From positions 70,329 to 134,328 of the forward strand of contig CAMTVD010000004.1 in the NCBI GenBank assembly GCA_947085095.1: DNA of 64,000 nucleotides, given 5' to 3'. Made by a program: the position numbers and the translations under genes. Each line of letters opens with the position of its first letter. Position 1 is the first letter of the stretch. The notes under the pieces are model-generated. The model worked only from the letters and a program-made list of their open reading frames with translations, had not been told where the DNA came from and ran no database searches. This document shows positions 27,998-36,770 of the stretch, piece by piece. The stretch is from an uncultured Thermus sp. (GTDB taxonomy: Bacteria; Deinococcota; Deinococci; Deinococcales; Thermaceae).

Positions 27998-28996
27998 CTA
28001 ATGGTAGCCCGGCTTGGGAAGGGTGTCAAGGCCAAGCCGCTGGGCAATGGCCCTGAGGGCCCTTTCCGCCTCTTCCCGGCCGTTCTCAATGAAGACCGAG
28101 CGGGTGTCGGGGCCGTAGGCGCAGGAGCCGATGGCGAAAAGCCCGGGGATGGAGGTCTCTCCTTCCGGGGAAAGGCGGGGCCTCTCCCCCTCGTAGGCCA
28201 CCCCCGCCGCCTTGAGGAGGTGGTCCTCCGCCCGGTAGCCAATCTGGACCAGGACGAAGTCCGCCTCCAGGAACACCCTCCCCTCGGGGCGCAGGACCCA
28301 TAACCCCTCGGGAACGATGGCCTCCACCCGGGCCTCCATCACCGCCTGGATGCTCCCCTCCTTGAGCCGGTTCTCAAAGTCGGGGAGGAGCCAGTACTTG
28401 ACGCTGGGCCGCACCCAGGTGCCCCGGTGGACCAAAATGACCCTTGCCCCGCCCCGGTAGAGGTCCAAGGCGGCCTCCACGGCGGAGTTGCTCCCCCCCA
28501 CCACGGCCACCCTCCGGCCGAAGAAGGGGGCCGCCTCCTCGTAGCGGTGCAGGACGTGGGGGAGCTCCTCCCCGGGAACTCCCAGGCGGTTGGGGCGGTC
28601 AAAGTAGCCCGTGGCCACCGCCACGAACCGGGCGGCGAAGGCTTTCTCCTCGCCCTTGAGGAGGTCCTTGGCCCGCACCCGAAACCCCCCCTCCTTCCCC
28701 TCCACCGCCCGGGCCTCGGTGTAGGTGAGGACCCTAAGCCCCTCCCTTTCCGCCACCCGCTGGTAGTAGAGCAGGGCCTCTTTGCGGGTGGATTTGGGGC
28801 CGTGGGCCACCAGGGGGTGGCCCCCGATCTCCAGGTTCTTGGCCTCGGAGAAGAAGACCAGGTCCCGGGGGAAACGGTAGATGGTGTGGGCCACCGTGCC
28901 CTTTTCCAGAACTAGATGGGAAAGCCCCAGGCGCTTGGCAAAGAGGGCGGCCGCAAGCCCCACGGGCCCCGCCCCCACCACCAGGAGATCCACCAT
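27998..28996 (-). CDS. ypdA: YpdA-family FAD/NADPH oxidoreductase (putative bacillithiol disulfide reductase)
   Basis: VGAGPVGL, FFSEAKNLEIG, VATGYFD, GGSNSA and VFIENGR. Start at ATG 28996. Confidence 0.82.
   Translation of the reverse strand: MVDLLVVGAGPVGLAAALFAKRLGLSHLVLEKGTVAHTIYRFPRDLVFFSEAKNLEIGGHPLVAHGPKSTRKEALLYYQRVAEREGLRVLTYTEARAVEGKEGGFRVRAKDLLKGEEKAFAARFVAVATGYFDRPNRLGVPGEELPHVLHRYEEAAPFFGRRVAVVGGSNSAVEAALDLYRGGARVILVHRGTWVRPSVKYWLLPDFENRLKEGSIQAVMEARVEAIVPEGLWVLRPEGRVFLEADFVLVQIGYRAEDHLLKAAGVAYEGERPRLSPEGETSIPGLFAIGSCAYGPDTRSVFIENGREEAERALRAIAQRLGLDTLPKPGYH
28001..28029 (-). promoter_or_regulatory. Promoter of the ilv-leu operon
   Basis: TTGACA (28024-28029), 17 bp spacer, TACCAT (28001-28006), inside the last codons of ypdA. 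Confidence 0.8.
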
Positions 28997-29032
28997 GTCC
29001 AAAAGTTTACGGGAACGGGTAGACTCCGCCTT

Positions 29033-29776
29033 GTGGAGTGGCTCACCAACCCCGAGATCTGGCTGGCCTTCCTCACCCTGACGGTCCTCGAGGTGGTCCT
29101 GGGCGTGGACAACGTGATCTTCATCAGCATCCTGGCCTCCAAGCTCCCCAAGGAGGAGCAGGAGCGGGCCCGGGTCATAGGCATCTCCCTGGCCGCGGTG
29201 ACCCGGATCCTCTTCCTCCTTTCCATCGCCTGGATTCTGGCGCTGAAGAAACCCCTCTTCACCCTCCTGGGCCAGGAGGTGACGGGCAAGGACCTGGTCC
29301 TCATCGCCGGGGGGCTTTTCCTCCTCTACAAGTCCGTCAAGGAGATCCACGAGAAGCTGGAGGGGGAGCCGGGCCACGCCGTGCGGCGGGTGGCCCCGAG
29401 CTTCGCTAGCGTCATCACCCAGGTCTTGATTTTGGACATCGTCTTCTCCATTGACTCGGTGATCACCGCCGTGGGCCTCACCCCCCATGTGCCGGTGATG
29501 GTGGCGGCCATCCTCACCTCGGTGGCGGTGATGCTCCTGGCCTCCAGGAGCATCTACACCTTCGTCAACCGCCACCCCACGGTGAAGATGCTGGCCCTTA
29601 GCTTCCTCCTCCTCATCGGCTTCACCCTGGTGGTGGAGGGCACGGGGATATACATTCCCAAGGGGTACATCTACTTCGCCATGGGCTTCGCCGTCTTCGT
29701 GGAGTGGCTGAACCTCAGGGCGGGGCTCAGGGCCAGGCCGGTGAAGCTCCGCGACCCCTACGAGGAGGAGGCGTAA
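29033..29776 (+). CDS. TerC-family membrane protein
   Basis: LEVVLGVDN, DIVFSIDSVITAVG and KGYIYFAM. Start at GTG 29033. Confidence 0.9.
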   Translation: MEWLTNPEIWLAFLTLTVLEVVLGVDNVIFISILASKLPKEEQERARVIGISLAAVTRILFLLSIAWILALKKPLFTLLGQEVTGKDLVLIAGGLFLLYKSVKEIHEKLEGEPGHAVRRVAPSFASVITQVLILDIVFSIDSVITAVGLTPHVPVMVAAILTSVAVMLLASRSIYTFVNRHPTVKMLALSFLLLIGFTLVVEGTGIYIPKGYIYFAMGFAVFVEWLNLRAGLRARPVKLRDPYEEEA

Positions 29777-29797
29777 AATCGGGTTTGGAGGTGGCTT

Positions 29798-31198
29798 ATG
29801 GAATACCGGATAGAGCGGGACACCATGGGAGAGGTCAAGGTGCCGGCGGACCGCTACTGGGGGGCCCAGACCCAGCGCTCCCTGGAGCACTTCCGGATCG
29901 GGGCCTGGCGCTTCCGCATGCCCCTCGAGGTCATCCGCGCCTACGGGATGCTGAAGAAGGCGGCCGCCAGAGCCAACCTGGAGCTGGGGGAGCTCCCCGA
30001 GGAGATCGCCAGGGCCATCGTCCAGGCGGCGGAGGAGGTCATCGCCGGCAAGCTGGACGACCACTTCCCCCTGGTGGTCTTCCAGACAGGCTCCGGGACC
30101 CAGACCAACATGAACGTGAACGAGGTCCTCGCCAACCGGGCCTCGGAGATCCTGGGCAAGCCCCTGGGGAGCAAGCACGTCCACCCCAACGACCACGTGA
30201 ACCGGGGCCAGAGCTCCAACGACACCTTCCCCACCGCCATGTACGTGGCCACCGCCTTAGCCCTTCACCAGCACCTCTACCCGGCGGTGGAGAGCCTCAT
30301 CGCCACCCTCGAGGAGAAGGCCCGGGCCTTTGACGGCATCGTCAAGGTGGGCCGCACCCACCTCATGGACGCCGTCCCCATCACCCTGGGCCAGGAGGTG
30401 GGGAGCTGGGCCGCCCAGCTCAAGAACACCCTGGCCATGGTCAAGGAAGCGGAAAAGGGCCTCTACAACTTGGCCATTGGCGGCACCGCCGTGGGCACGG
30501 GCCTCAACGCCCACCCCCGCTTCGGGGAGCTGGTGGCCCGGTATCTGGCGGAGGAGACCGGCCTCCCCTTCCGGGTGGCGGAGAACCGCTTCGCCGCCCT
30601 GGCCGCCCACGACGAGCTGGTCCAGGTGATGGGGGCCATCCGCACCCTGGCCGGGGCCCTGATGAAGATCGGCAACGACATCCGCTGGCTGGCCTCCGGG
30701 CCCTATGCGGGCCTCGGGGAGATCTTCATCCCCGCCAACGAGCCCGGGAGCTCCATCATGCCGGGCAAGGTGAACCCCACCCAGGTGGAGGCCCTGACCA
30801 TGGTGGTGGTGCGGGTCTATGGCAACGACCAGACCGTGGCCTTCGCCGGGAGCCAGGGCAACTTCCAGCTCAACGTCTACAAGCCGGTCATGGTGGACGC
30901 CGCTTTGGAGTCCATCAAGCTTCTGGGCGACGCCGTGACCTCCTTCAACGAGCACCTGGCCCAGGGGATTGAGCCCAACCTGGAGCGCATAGAGGAGCAC
31001 CTCAACAAGAACCCCATGCTGGCCACCGCCCTCAACCAGGCCATCGGCTACGACAAGGCGGCGGAGATCGTCAAGAAGGCCATCAAGGAGAAGAAGTCCC
31101 TGAAGCAGGCGGCCCTGGAGCTGGGCTACCTCAGCGAGGAGGCGTTTGACCGGATCGTGGTGCCCATGCGGCTGGCCAAGCCCCACGAGGGGGCCTAA
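29798..31198 (+). CDS. fumC: Fumarate hydratase class II
   Basis: [19 protein letters not shown] and [11 protein letters not shown]. Confidence 0.97.
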   Translation: MEYRIERDTMGEVKVPADRYWGAQTQRSLEHFRIGAWRFRMPLEVIRAYGMLKKAAARANLELGELPEEIARAIVQAAEEVIAGKLDDHFPLVVFQTGSGTQTNMNVNEVLANRASEILGKPLGSKHVHPNDHVNRGQSSNDTFPTAMYVATALALHQHLYPAVESLIATLEEKARAFDGIVKVGRTHLMDAVPITLGQEVGSWAAQLKNTLAMVKEAEKGLYNLAIGGTAVGTGLNAHPRFGELVARYLAEETGLPFRVAENRFAALAAHDELVQVMGAIRTLAGALMKIGNDIRWLASGPYAGLGEIFIPANEPGSSIMPGKVNPTQVEALTMVVVRVYGNDQTVAFAGSQGNFQLNVYKPVMVDAALESIKLLGDAVTSFNEHLAQGIEPNLERIEEHLNKNPMLATALNQAIGYDKAAEIVKKAIKEKKSLKQAALELGYLSEEAFDRIVVPMRLAKPHEGA

Positions 31199-31259
31199 AC
31201 GTGAGAGCCGCCACGGCCTAAGGGATAAGGCTCCTTATAGTGGGAGGCGGAGGTGCAGT

Positions 31260-31874
31260 ATGCCGTACCCGTTCAAGCTACCCGAGCTAGGCTACCCCTA
31301 CGAGGCCCTCGAGCCCCACATTGACGCCAGGACCATGGAGATCCACCACCAGAAGCACCACGGGGCCTACGTCACCAACCTGAACGCCGCCCTGGAGAAA
31401 CACCCCTACCTGCAGGGGGTGGAGGTGGAAACCCTCCTCCGGCACCTCGCCGCCCTCCCCGCCGACATCCAGACCGCCGTGCGCAACAACGGGGGCGGGC
31501 ACCTGAACCACAGCCTCTTCTGGAAGCTCCTCACCCCCGGTGGGGCCCAGGAGCCCGTGGGGGAGCTGAAGAAGGCCATTGACGAGCAGTTTGGCGGCTT
31601 CGCCGCCCTCAAGGAGAAGCTCACCCAGGCGGCCATGGGCCGCTTCGGCTCCGGCTGGGCCTGGCTGGTCAAGGACCCCTTCGGCAAGCTCCACGTGCTC
31701 TCCACCGCCAACCAGGACAACCCGGTGATGGAGGGCTTCGCCCCCATCGTGGGCATTGACGTCTGGGAGCACGCCTACTACCTCAAGTACCAGAACCGCC
31801 GGGCGGACTACCTGCAGGCCATCTGGAACGTCCTCAACTGGGACGTGGCCGAGGAGATCTACAAGGGCGCCTGA
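31260..31874 (+). CDS. sodA: Mn superoxide dismutase
   Basis: [18 protein letters not shown] and DVWEHAYY. Start at ATG 31260 with a GGAGGT SD. Confidence 0.96.
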   Translation: MPYPFKLPELGYPYEALEPHIDARTMEIHHQKHHGAYVTNLNAALEKHPYLQGVEVETLLRHLAALPADIQTAVRNNGGGHLNHSLFWKLLTPGGAQEPVGELKKAIDEQFGGFAALKEKLTQAAMGRFGSGWAWLVKDPFGKLHVLSTANQDNPVMEGFAPIVGIDVWEHAYYLKYQNRRADYLQAIWNVLNWDVAEEIYKGA

Positions 31875-32524
31875 AGGTTGAGAACGCGGCTGACGGCCCC
31901 TTCCAGGGCCGTCAGCGCTTCTTTTACCCGCCAGGCTCCCCTGTCCCGCACCCCGGCGGGGTTGGAGACGGCCCTGAGCTCCGCCCCCCTTAGCCCCAAG
32001 GCCAGGCAGGCCCGGGCGAAGGCCGCCCCCTCCATGCTCTCCACCTGGGCCCCCCATCTCTGGGCCAGGGCCCATGCCTCCTCGGGGCTTTCCGAGACCA
32101 GGTCCTGGGTGAGGCCGGTGACCACTCTAAGGCCCAAGGCCTCGGCCAAGGAAGCGGTGAGGCCAGGGTCCAGGGGAAAGCGGTTGTAGTAGCGCTTCTC
32201 CCCCTTCCGGAGGGCGGGAAAGCCCAGGGCCTCCAGGCCTTCCCTAAGGCCCAGGTCCGCCTCCACCTCCTCCCCGATGAGGACCGCCTGGCCCAAGGCG
32301 AGCCCCGAGCCCGGGTAGGCCCCGGCGATGCCGAAGAGGAGGGCCCTCTCCACCGGGTGCCCCAGGGCGTAGGCGGTGAGGGCCATGGCGGCGTTCACTT
32401 TGCCCACCCCCGTTTCCAGGTAGACGAAGTCCTCACCCTTAAGCCCTTTCCAGACGAGAAAGGTGAAGGGATCCCCCCGGAGGAAGGGGGCCTCGAGGCG
32501 GGTGGGGGAAAGGAGGAGCCACAC
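31859..32524 (-). CDS. mqnB: Futalosine hydrolase (PNP/MTAN family)
   Basis: [29 protein letters not shown] and RDRGAW. Confidence 0.85.
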   Translation of the reverse strand: MWLLLSPTRLEAPFLRGDPFTFLVWKGLKGEDFVYLETGVGKVNAAMALTAYALGHPVERALLFGIAGAYPGSGLALGQAVLIGEEVEADLGLREGLEALGFPALRKGEKRYYNRFPLDPGLTASLAEALGLRVVTGLTQDLVSESPEEAWALAQRWGAQVESMEGAAFARACLALGLRGAELRAVSNPAGVRDRGAWRVKEALTALEGAVSRVLNLQAPL

Positions 32525-34185
32525 TACTCCACCACCCTGAAGCCCAAAGCCTCGGCCCGCTCCACGAAGAACTGGATGTTCTCCGACTTCACCTCGCCCC
32601 CCAGGCTCTTCCGCTCAAAGGCCCCTTCCGCCGCCAGGATCATGGTCTCCGCCAGGCAGGCGGGCACCTGGTCCGGGGCCCCGAAGTGCAGGTCCAAGGT
32701 GGCCCGGGCCTGCCCGGGGAGGCGCACCACCCCGCCGGGGATCACCCGCACCCCCGGTACCTCCCGCACGCTCTCGTGCACGTCCGGGGGGACGCCCTCG
32801 TCGTAGATCCAGGCCCCGGGCTTCACGTGCTCCGGGTAGATGACGGGGTTGGGATCGCTGGTGGCGGTGAAGACCAGGTCCGCCTCCTTGATGGCGGCCA
32901 CCTCCGTGGTCACCACCATCTCCGGGGCTTCCCCCTTTTTCTCCAGGTTCCTCCTCAAGGTCTCCGCCGCCCGGCGAAGCCTTTCCAGGTCCCGGCCCAC
33001 CAGGATGAGCTTTCCCACGTAAGGGGCGATCTGCCGGGCGATGCCGAAGGCCACCACCCCGTTCGCCCCCACCACGGCGGCGGTGGTCTCCTTGAGGCTC
33101 CTAGAGCTTTGGGCGAAGTGGGCGAGGATATTGGGAATGGCCGCCCTCACCGTGCCCGCGGTGTAGGCCCCCCCGTTGGTCACCTCAATCCCCGGCACGG
33201 TCTCCTGGACCTTGAGGCCCTTCTCCCCCACCACGCTCCAGAAGGCCCCCAGGCCCACCACCGTGGCCCCGAGCTCCTTGGCGAGCCTCGCCCCCTGGAT
33301 GGCCCGCCTCACCGCCAGGTCGGGCTTCCCCTTGATCTGGTGGGGCAGGAGGGGGGCGGAGATGAGGTGGCAGCGGATCTCCCGCCCGTCCGCGGTCCTC
33401 ACCCCCCGCACCTCCCCCACCTTCATGGGGCGGAAAAGCTCCGCCAGGCGCTCTATCCAGGCCTGCCTGAGAAGGCCGAGGCGGACGAAGGGCCTGAGCC
33501 AGCGGAAGCGGGGGCTCTGCCAAAAGTCCTCCACGGTGAGGGGGTGGATGAGGAAGGCGCAGACCACCTGGTTTTCCGAGGGCAGGGGCAGGGGCTCGCC
33601 CAGCTTGGGCTCGGTGCCCTCGAGGATCCGCCCCAGGTTCTCCTTGTAGCGCCAAAGGGCAAGGAGGAAGAGCAAGAGGCCAAGAAGCTTCGCGCCCAGG
33701 GAAAAACCCCCAAAGAGGAGAACCGAAAGAAGCCCCAGGGGCAGGGCCAAGGAGGCCAAGGAGGCGTAGCCGGTGAGGGCGTAGAGGGTAAGGGCCAGGG
33801 CCACGGGTGCCATCCCTAGGGCCGGGGAGAGAGGGAGACCCGCCAAAACCCCAAGGAGCACCCCCGCCCCCTTGGCCCTAAGGGGCCAGGGGTCCCGGAA
33901 GAAGAGGGGGTAAAGGTGGCCCAGGTAAGCGGCCACCCCCAAGGCCAGAAGTTCCTCTAGGCCCAGGCCCAAGGCCCGCCCCAAGAGGAGGGGCAGGTAG
34001 CCCTTGAGGAAGTCCAGGAGGAAGGAAAGGAGGAGCATCCCCAGGCCCAGGCGCCTCAGGGCGCTCTCCAGGCCCAGGGTGTAGGGGCTTGCTGTACGCG
34101 GGTCCACCCCGCGCCTTTGGGTCAGCCAGTACCCCAGGGGCAGGGCCCCCATTAGGTAGGCCAGGGGAAGGAGAAGCACGGTCAT
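32524..34185 (-). CDS. Fusion protein: PlsY-like membrane domain plus acyl-ACP-reductase-like NAD(P) domain
   Basis: First ~195 aa resemble PlsY (AYLMGALPLG, LDFLKG, LGHLYP, ENLGRILEGTEPK). C-terminal part has AFLIHP, GLGAFWSVV, VVGANG and PACLAETMIL. Confidence 0.8.
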   Translation of the reverse strand: MTVLLLPLAYLMGALPLGYWLTQRRGVDPRTASPYTLGLESALRRLGLGMLLLSFLLDFLKGYLPLLLGRALGLGLEELLALGVAAYLGHLYPLFFRDPWPLRAKGAGVLLGVLAGLPLSPALGMAPVALALTLYALTGYASLASLALPLGLLSVLLFGGFSLGAKLLGLLLFLLALWRYKENLGRILEGTEPKLGEPLPLPSENQVVCAFLIHPLTVEDFWQSPRFRWLRPFVRLGLLRQAWIERLAELFRPMKVGEVRGVRTADGREIRCHLISAPLLPHQIKGKPDLAVRRAIQGARLAKELGATVVGLGAFWSVVGEKGLKVQETVPGIEVTNGGAYTAGTVRAAIPNILAHFAQSSRSLKETTAAVVGANGVVAFGIARQIAPYVGKLILVGRDLERLRRAAETLRRNLEKKGEAPEMVVTTEVAAIKEADLVFTATSDPNPVIYPEHVKPGAWIYDEGVPPDVHESVREVPGVRVIPGGVVRLPGQARATLDLHFGAPDQVPACLAETMILAAEGAFERKSLGGEVKSENIQFFVERAEALGFRVVE

Positions 34186-34652
34186 CGCAGGTAGTTTAGC
34201 CCCACCACCACCCCGCCGGTGAGGAAAAGGGTGAGGAAGCCGGCGGCCACCACCCCGAAGGAGATGGCCAGAAGGGCGTAGCGCCGCCTGAGGCCCAGGA
34301 CCACCGCCAGCACGCTCCCGCTCCAGGCCCCGGTGCCGGGAAGGGGCACGGCCACGAAGAGGAAGAGGCCCAAAGCCCCCAGGCGCTGGACCTGTTCCTC
34401 TCCCTTGAGGCGGACCCGGGCCTCGAGGGCCTCCCAGGCCCTGAGGAGGAGGGGTAGCCGGGTGGCGAGGGCGATAACCCAGGGGAGGAGGACCAGGGCC
34501 ACCGGGGCCACCAGGAGGTTGCCCAAGAGGGCCAGGAGGAAGGCTTCCCAGGGGGAAAGGCCTAGGGCCACCCCCAAGGGGATGGCCCCCCTGAGCTCCA
34601 CCACGGGCAGGGCGGCCACCAGAAGGACGTAGAACTCGGGCGTCATCTTCAT
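34182..34652 (-). CDS. Small multi-drug export-like membrane protein (COG2426-like)
   Basis: LPVVELRGAIP and FVAVPLPGTGAWSG. Confidence 0.85.
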   Translation of the reverse strand: MKMTPEFYVLLVAALPVVELRGAIPLGVALGLSPWEAFLLALLGNLLVAPVALVLLPWVIALATRLPLLLRAWEALEARVRLKGEEQVQRLGALGLFLFVAVPLPGTGAWSGSVLAVVLGLRRRYALLAISFGVVAAGFLTLFLTGGVVVGLNYLR

Positions 34653-34685
34653 AGAAAGGGCGCCGGAGCCTAAAGCCCGGCGCCC
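34653..34685 (-). terminator. Intrinsic terminator after rplT
   Basis: GGGCGCCGG...CCGGCGCCC stem followed by TTTCT. Confidence 0.7.
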
Positions 34686-34697
34686 ATCTCTCCCTGC

Positions 34698-35054
34698 TTA
34701 GGCCCGGGCAGCCTTGGCCTTCTCCACCAGCTCGGCGAAAGCCTGGGGCTCCCTCACCGCCAGGTCGGCCAGGACCTTGCGGTCCAGCTCAATACCCGCC
34801 TTTTTCAGCCCGTTCATGAAGCTGGAGTAGTTGAGGCCGTGCTGGCGGCAGGCGGCGTTGATGCGCACGATCCAGAGCTTGCGGAACTCCCGCTTTTTTG
34901 CTTTGCGGTCGCGGTAGGCGTAGTTCCCGGCGGCGAAGAGGGTTTCCCGGGCCTTGCGCACGCTCTTGGAGCGGAGGCCCCAGTACCCCTTGGCCAGCTT
35001 GAGGATCTTCTTGTGCTTGCGGCGACGGACGACACCGGTCTTGGCGCGCGGCAT
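34698..35054 (-). CDS. rplT: 50S ribosomal protein L20
   Basis: [38 protein letters not shown]. Confidence 0.98.
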   Translation of the reverse strand: MPRAKTGVVRRRKHKKILKLAKGYWGLRSKSVRKARETLFAAGNYAYRDRKAKKREFRKLWIVRINAACRQHGLNYSSFMNGLKKAGIELDRKVLADLAVREPQAFAELVEKAKAARA

Positions 35055-35065
35055 CCCCTACCCCC

Positions 35066-35263
35066 TCACTCGTAAGGGAGGAGGAGCTTGATGCGCTCCG
35101 CCTCCGGCTTGGCCAGGGCGAACTTCCGCCCCTTCTGGCGGATGGTCTTCCCCGACTTGTGCCAGTTCAGGTGCCTTTTGCCCGGTTTCATGGCCACCAC
35201 CTTGCCCGAAGCGGTCACCTTTACCCGCTTCTTGGCGCCCTTGTGGGTCTTCATCTTTCCCAT
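35066..35263 (-). CDS. rpmI: 50S ribosomal protein L35
   Basis: [19 protein letters not shown]. Confidence 0.97.
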   Translation of the reverse strand: MGKMKTHKGAKKRVKVTASGKVVAMKPGKRHLNWHKSGKTIRQKGRKFALAKPEAERIKLLLPYE

Positions 35264-35324
35264 ATTGGCCCTCCGCTTGGGAAGCGCCCCCTTGGGGGTC
35301 TTTGGAGCTCCCCAAAGCCTTCAC

Positions 35325-35353
35325 ACTATACCAGAGGCCTGGAAAAAGGTCTA
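35325..35353 (-). promoter_or_regulatory. Internal promoter for rpmI-rplT
   Basis: TAGACC, 17 bp spacer, TATAGT (35325-35330) with an extended -10 TG. Confidence 0.55.
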
Positions 35354-35866
35354 GGCGGACACCTTGGCCGGGGCCAGGAGCATGTTCATGTCCCGGCCCA
35401 GAAGCTCCGGCTTCATCTCCACCACGGCCATCCCCTTGAGGTCCTCGGCCACCCGGTCCAGAAGGCGCTGGCCCAGCTCGGGGTGGCTCATCTCCCTCCC
35501 CCGGAACATGATGGTGACCTTGACCTTGTGCCCTTCCTCCAGGAAGCGCTTGATATGGTTCAGCTTGGTCTGATAGTCGTGGTCGTCTATCTTGACCCGG
35601 AACTTGATGGACTTGACCTCGGTGCGCTTGGCCTTCTTCCGGGCCTCCTTCTCCGCCACCTGCTGCTCGTAGCGCCACTTGGAGTAGTTCATGATGCGGG
35701 CCACGGGGGGGTCCGCGGTGGCGCCCACCAGAACCAGGTCCAGGTCCTGCTCCCGGGCCAGGCGCAAGGCCTCCCGGGTGTCCATGATGCCCAGCTGCTG
35801 CCCGTCGGCGCCGATGACCCTCACCTGTTTGACGCGGATGCGTTCGTTGGTCAGGTACTCCTTTAT
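35351..35866 (-). CDS. infC: Translation initiation factor IF-3 (ATA start)
   Basis: SD GGAGGTGA followed by ATA-AAG-GAG-TAC-CTG-ACC-AAC-GAA-CGC-ATC (xKEYLTNERI). An in-frame TAG lies directly upstream. KVKVTIMFRGRE motif present. Confidence 0.95.
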   Translation of the reverse strand: MKEYLTNERIRVKQVRVIGADGQQLGIMDTREALRLAREQDLDLVLVGATADPPVARIMNYSKWRYEQQVAEKEARKKAKRTEVKSIKFRVKIDDHDYQTKLNHIKRFLEEGHKVKVTIMFRGREMSHPELGQRLLDRVAEDLKGMAVVEMKPELLGRDMNMLLAPAKVSA

Positions 35867-35955
35867 CTACATCACCTCCCAGCCCGCAAAAGCTCTTTCG
35901 GTTTCGCGGGCTAAGGGGAGTCTAGCAGGAAACGCCCCTCGGCTACAATGGGGGC

Positions 35956-36717
35956 ATGGTTCAGGTGGAAAAAGGCCGCGTGGCCACGCTGTTTTTGAAC
36001 GACCCCGAAAGGCGTAACCCCCTCTCCCCGAGGATGGTGGAGGGGCTTCTCTCCGCCCTAGATGACCTCGAGGCGGACCCCCTGGTGCGGGCCGTGGTCC
36101 TAACGGGCAAGGGCCAGGCCTTCAGCGCCGGGGCAGACCTGGCCTTTTTGGAAAAGGTGACCGAGCTGGGGGCGGAGGAGAACTACCGCCACTCCCTTTC
36201 CCTCATGGAGCTATTCCACCGCCTCTACACCTTTCCCAAGCCCACGGTGGCCGCGGTGAACGGTCCTGCGGTGGCGGGGGGAGCGGGGCTCGCCCTGGCC
36301 TCTGATCTGGTGGTGATGGACGAGGAGGCCAAAATCGGCTTCACCGAGGTCAGGATCGGCTTCGTGGCCGCTTTGGTCTCCGTCCTCCTCGCCCGGGCCG
36401 TGGGGGAGAAGGCGGCCAAGGACCTCCTCCTCACGGGAAGGCTCGTGGGGGCGGAGGAGGCCAAGGCCTTGGGGCTGGTGAACCGCACCGCCCCCAAGGG
36501 GGAGGCCCTAAAGGTGGCCCAGGCCCTGGCGGGGGAGGTGGCGGAGAACGCCCCCACCTCCTTGCGCCTCACCAAGGAACTCCTCGCCGCCTTTCCCGGG
36601 ATGGGCCTCGAGGAGAGCTTCCGCCTGGCGGCCCTGGCCAACGCCTGGGTGCGGGAGACGGGGGACCTCAAGGAGGGAATCCGGGCCTTCTTTGAGAAGC
36701 GCAAACCCCGCTTCTGA
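35956..36717 (+). CDS. Enoyl-CoA hydratase/isomerase family protein
   Basis: FSAGADL, AVNGPAVAGGAGL and FTEVRIG. Confidence 0.9.
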   Translation: MVQVEKGRVATLFLNDPERRNPLSPRMVEGLLSALDDLEADPLVRAVVLTGKGQAFSAGADLAFLEKVTELGAEENYRHSLSLMELFHRLYTFPKPTVAAVNGPAVAGGAGLALASDLVVMDEEAKIGFTEVRIGFVAALVSVLLARAVGEKAAKDLLLTGRLVGAEEAKALGLVNRTAPKGEALKVAQALAGEVAENAPTSLRLTKELLAAFPGMGLEESFRLAALANAWVRETGDLKEGIRAFFEKRKPRF

Positions 36718-36770
36718 CACCCCAAACCCCCTCCCTCGCGCCACGGGGGGCCAGGGAGTAGACTTGCCTC

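Noticed and set aside
28997..29032. Possible Mn (yybP-ykoY) riboswitch upstream of terC
   Set aside because: The spacer is only 36 bp and the -10 box lies 7 nt from the start, leaving no room for a riboswitch.
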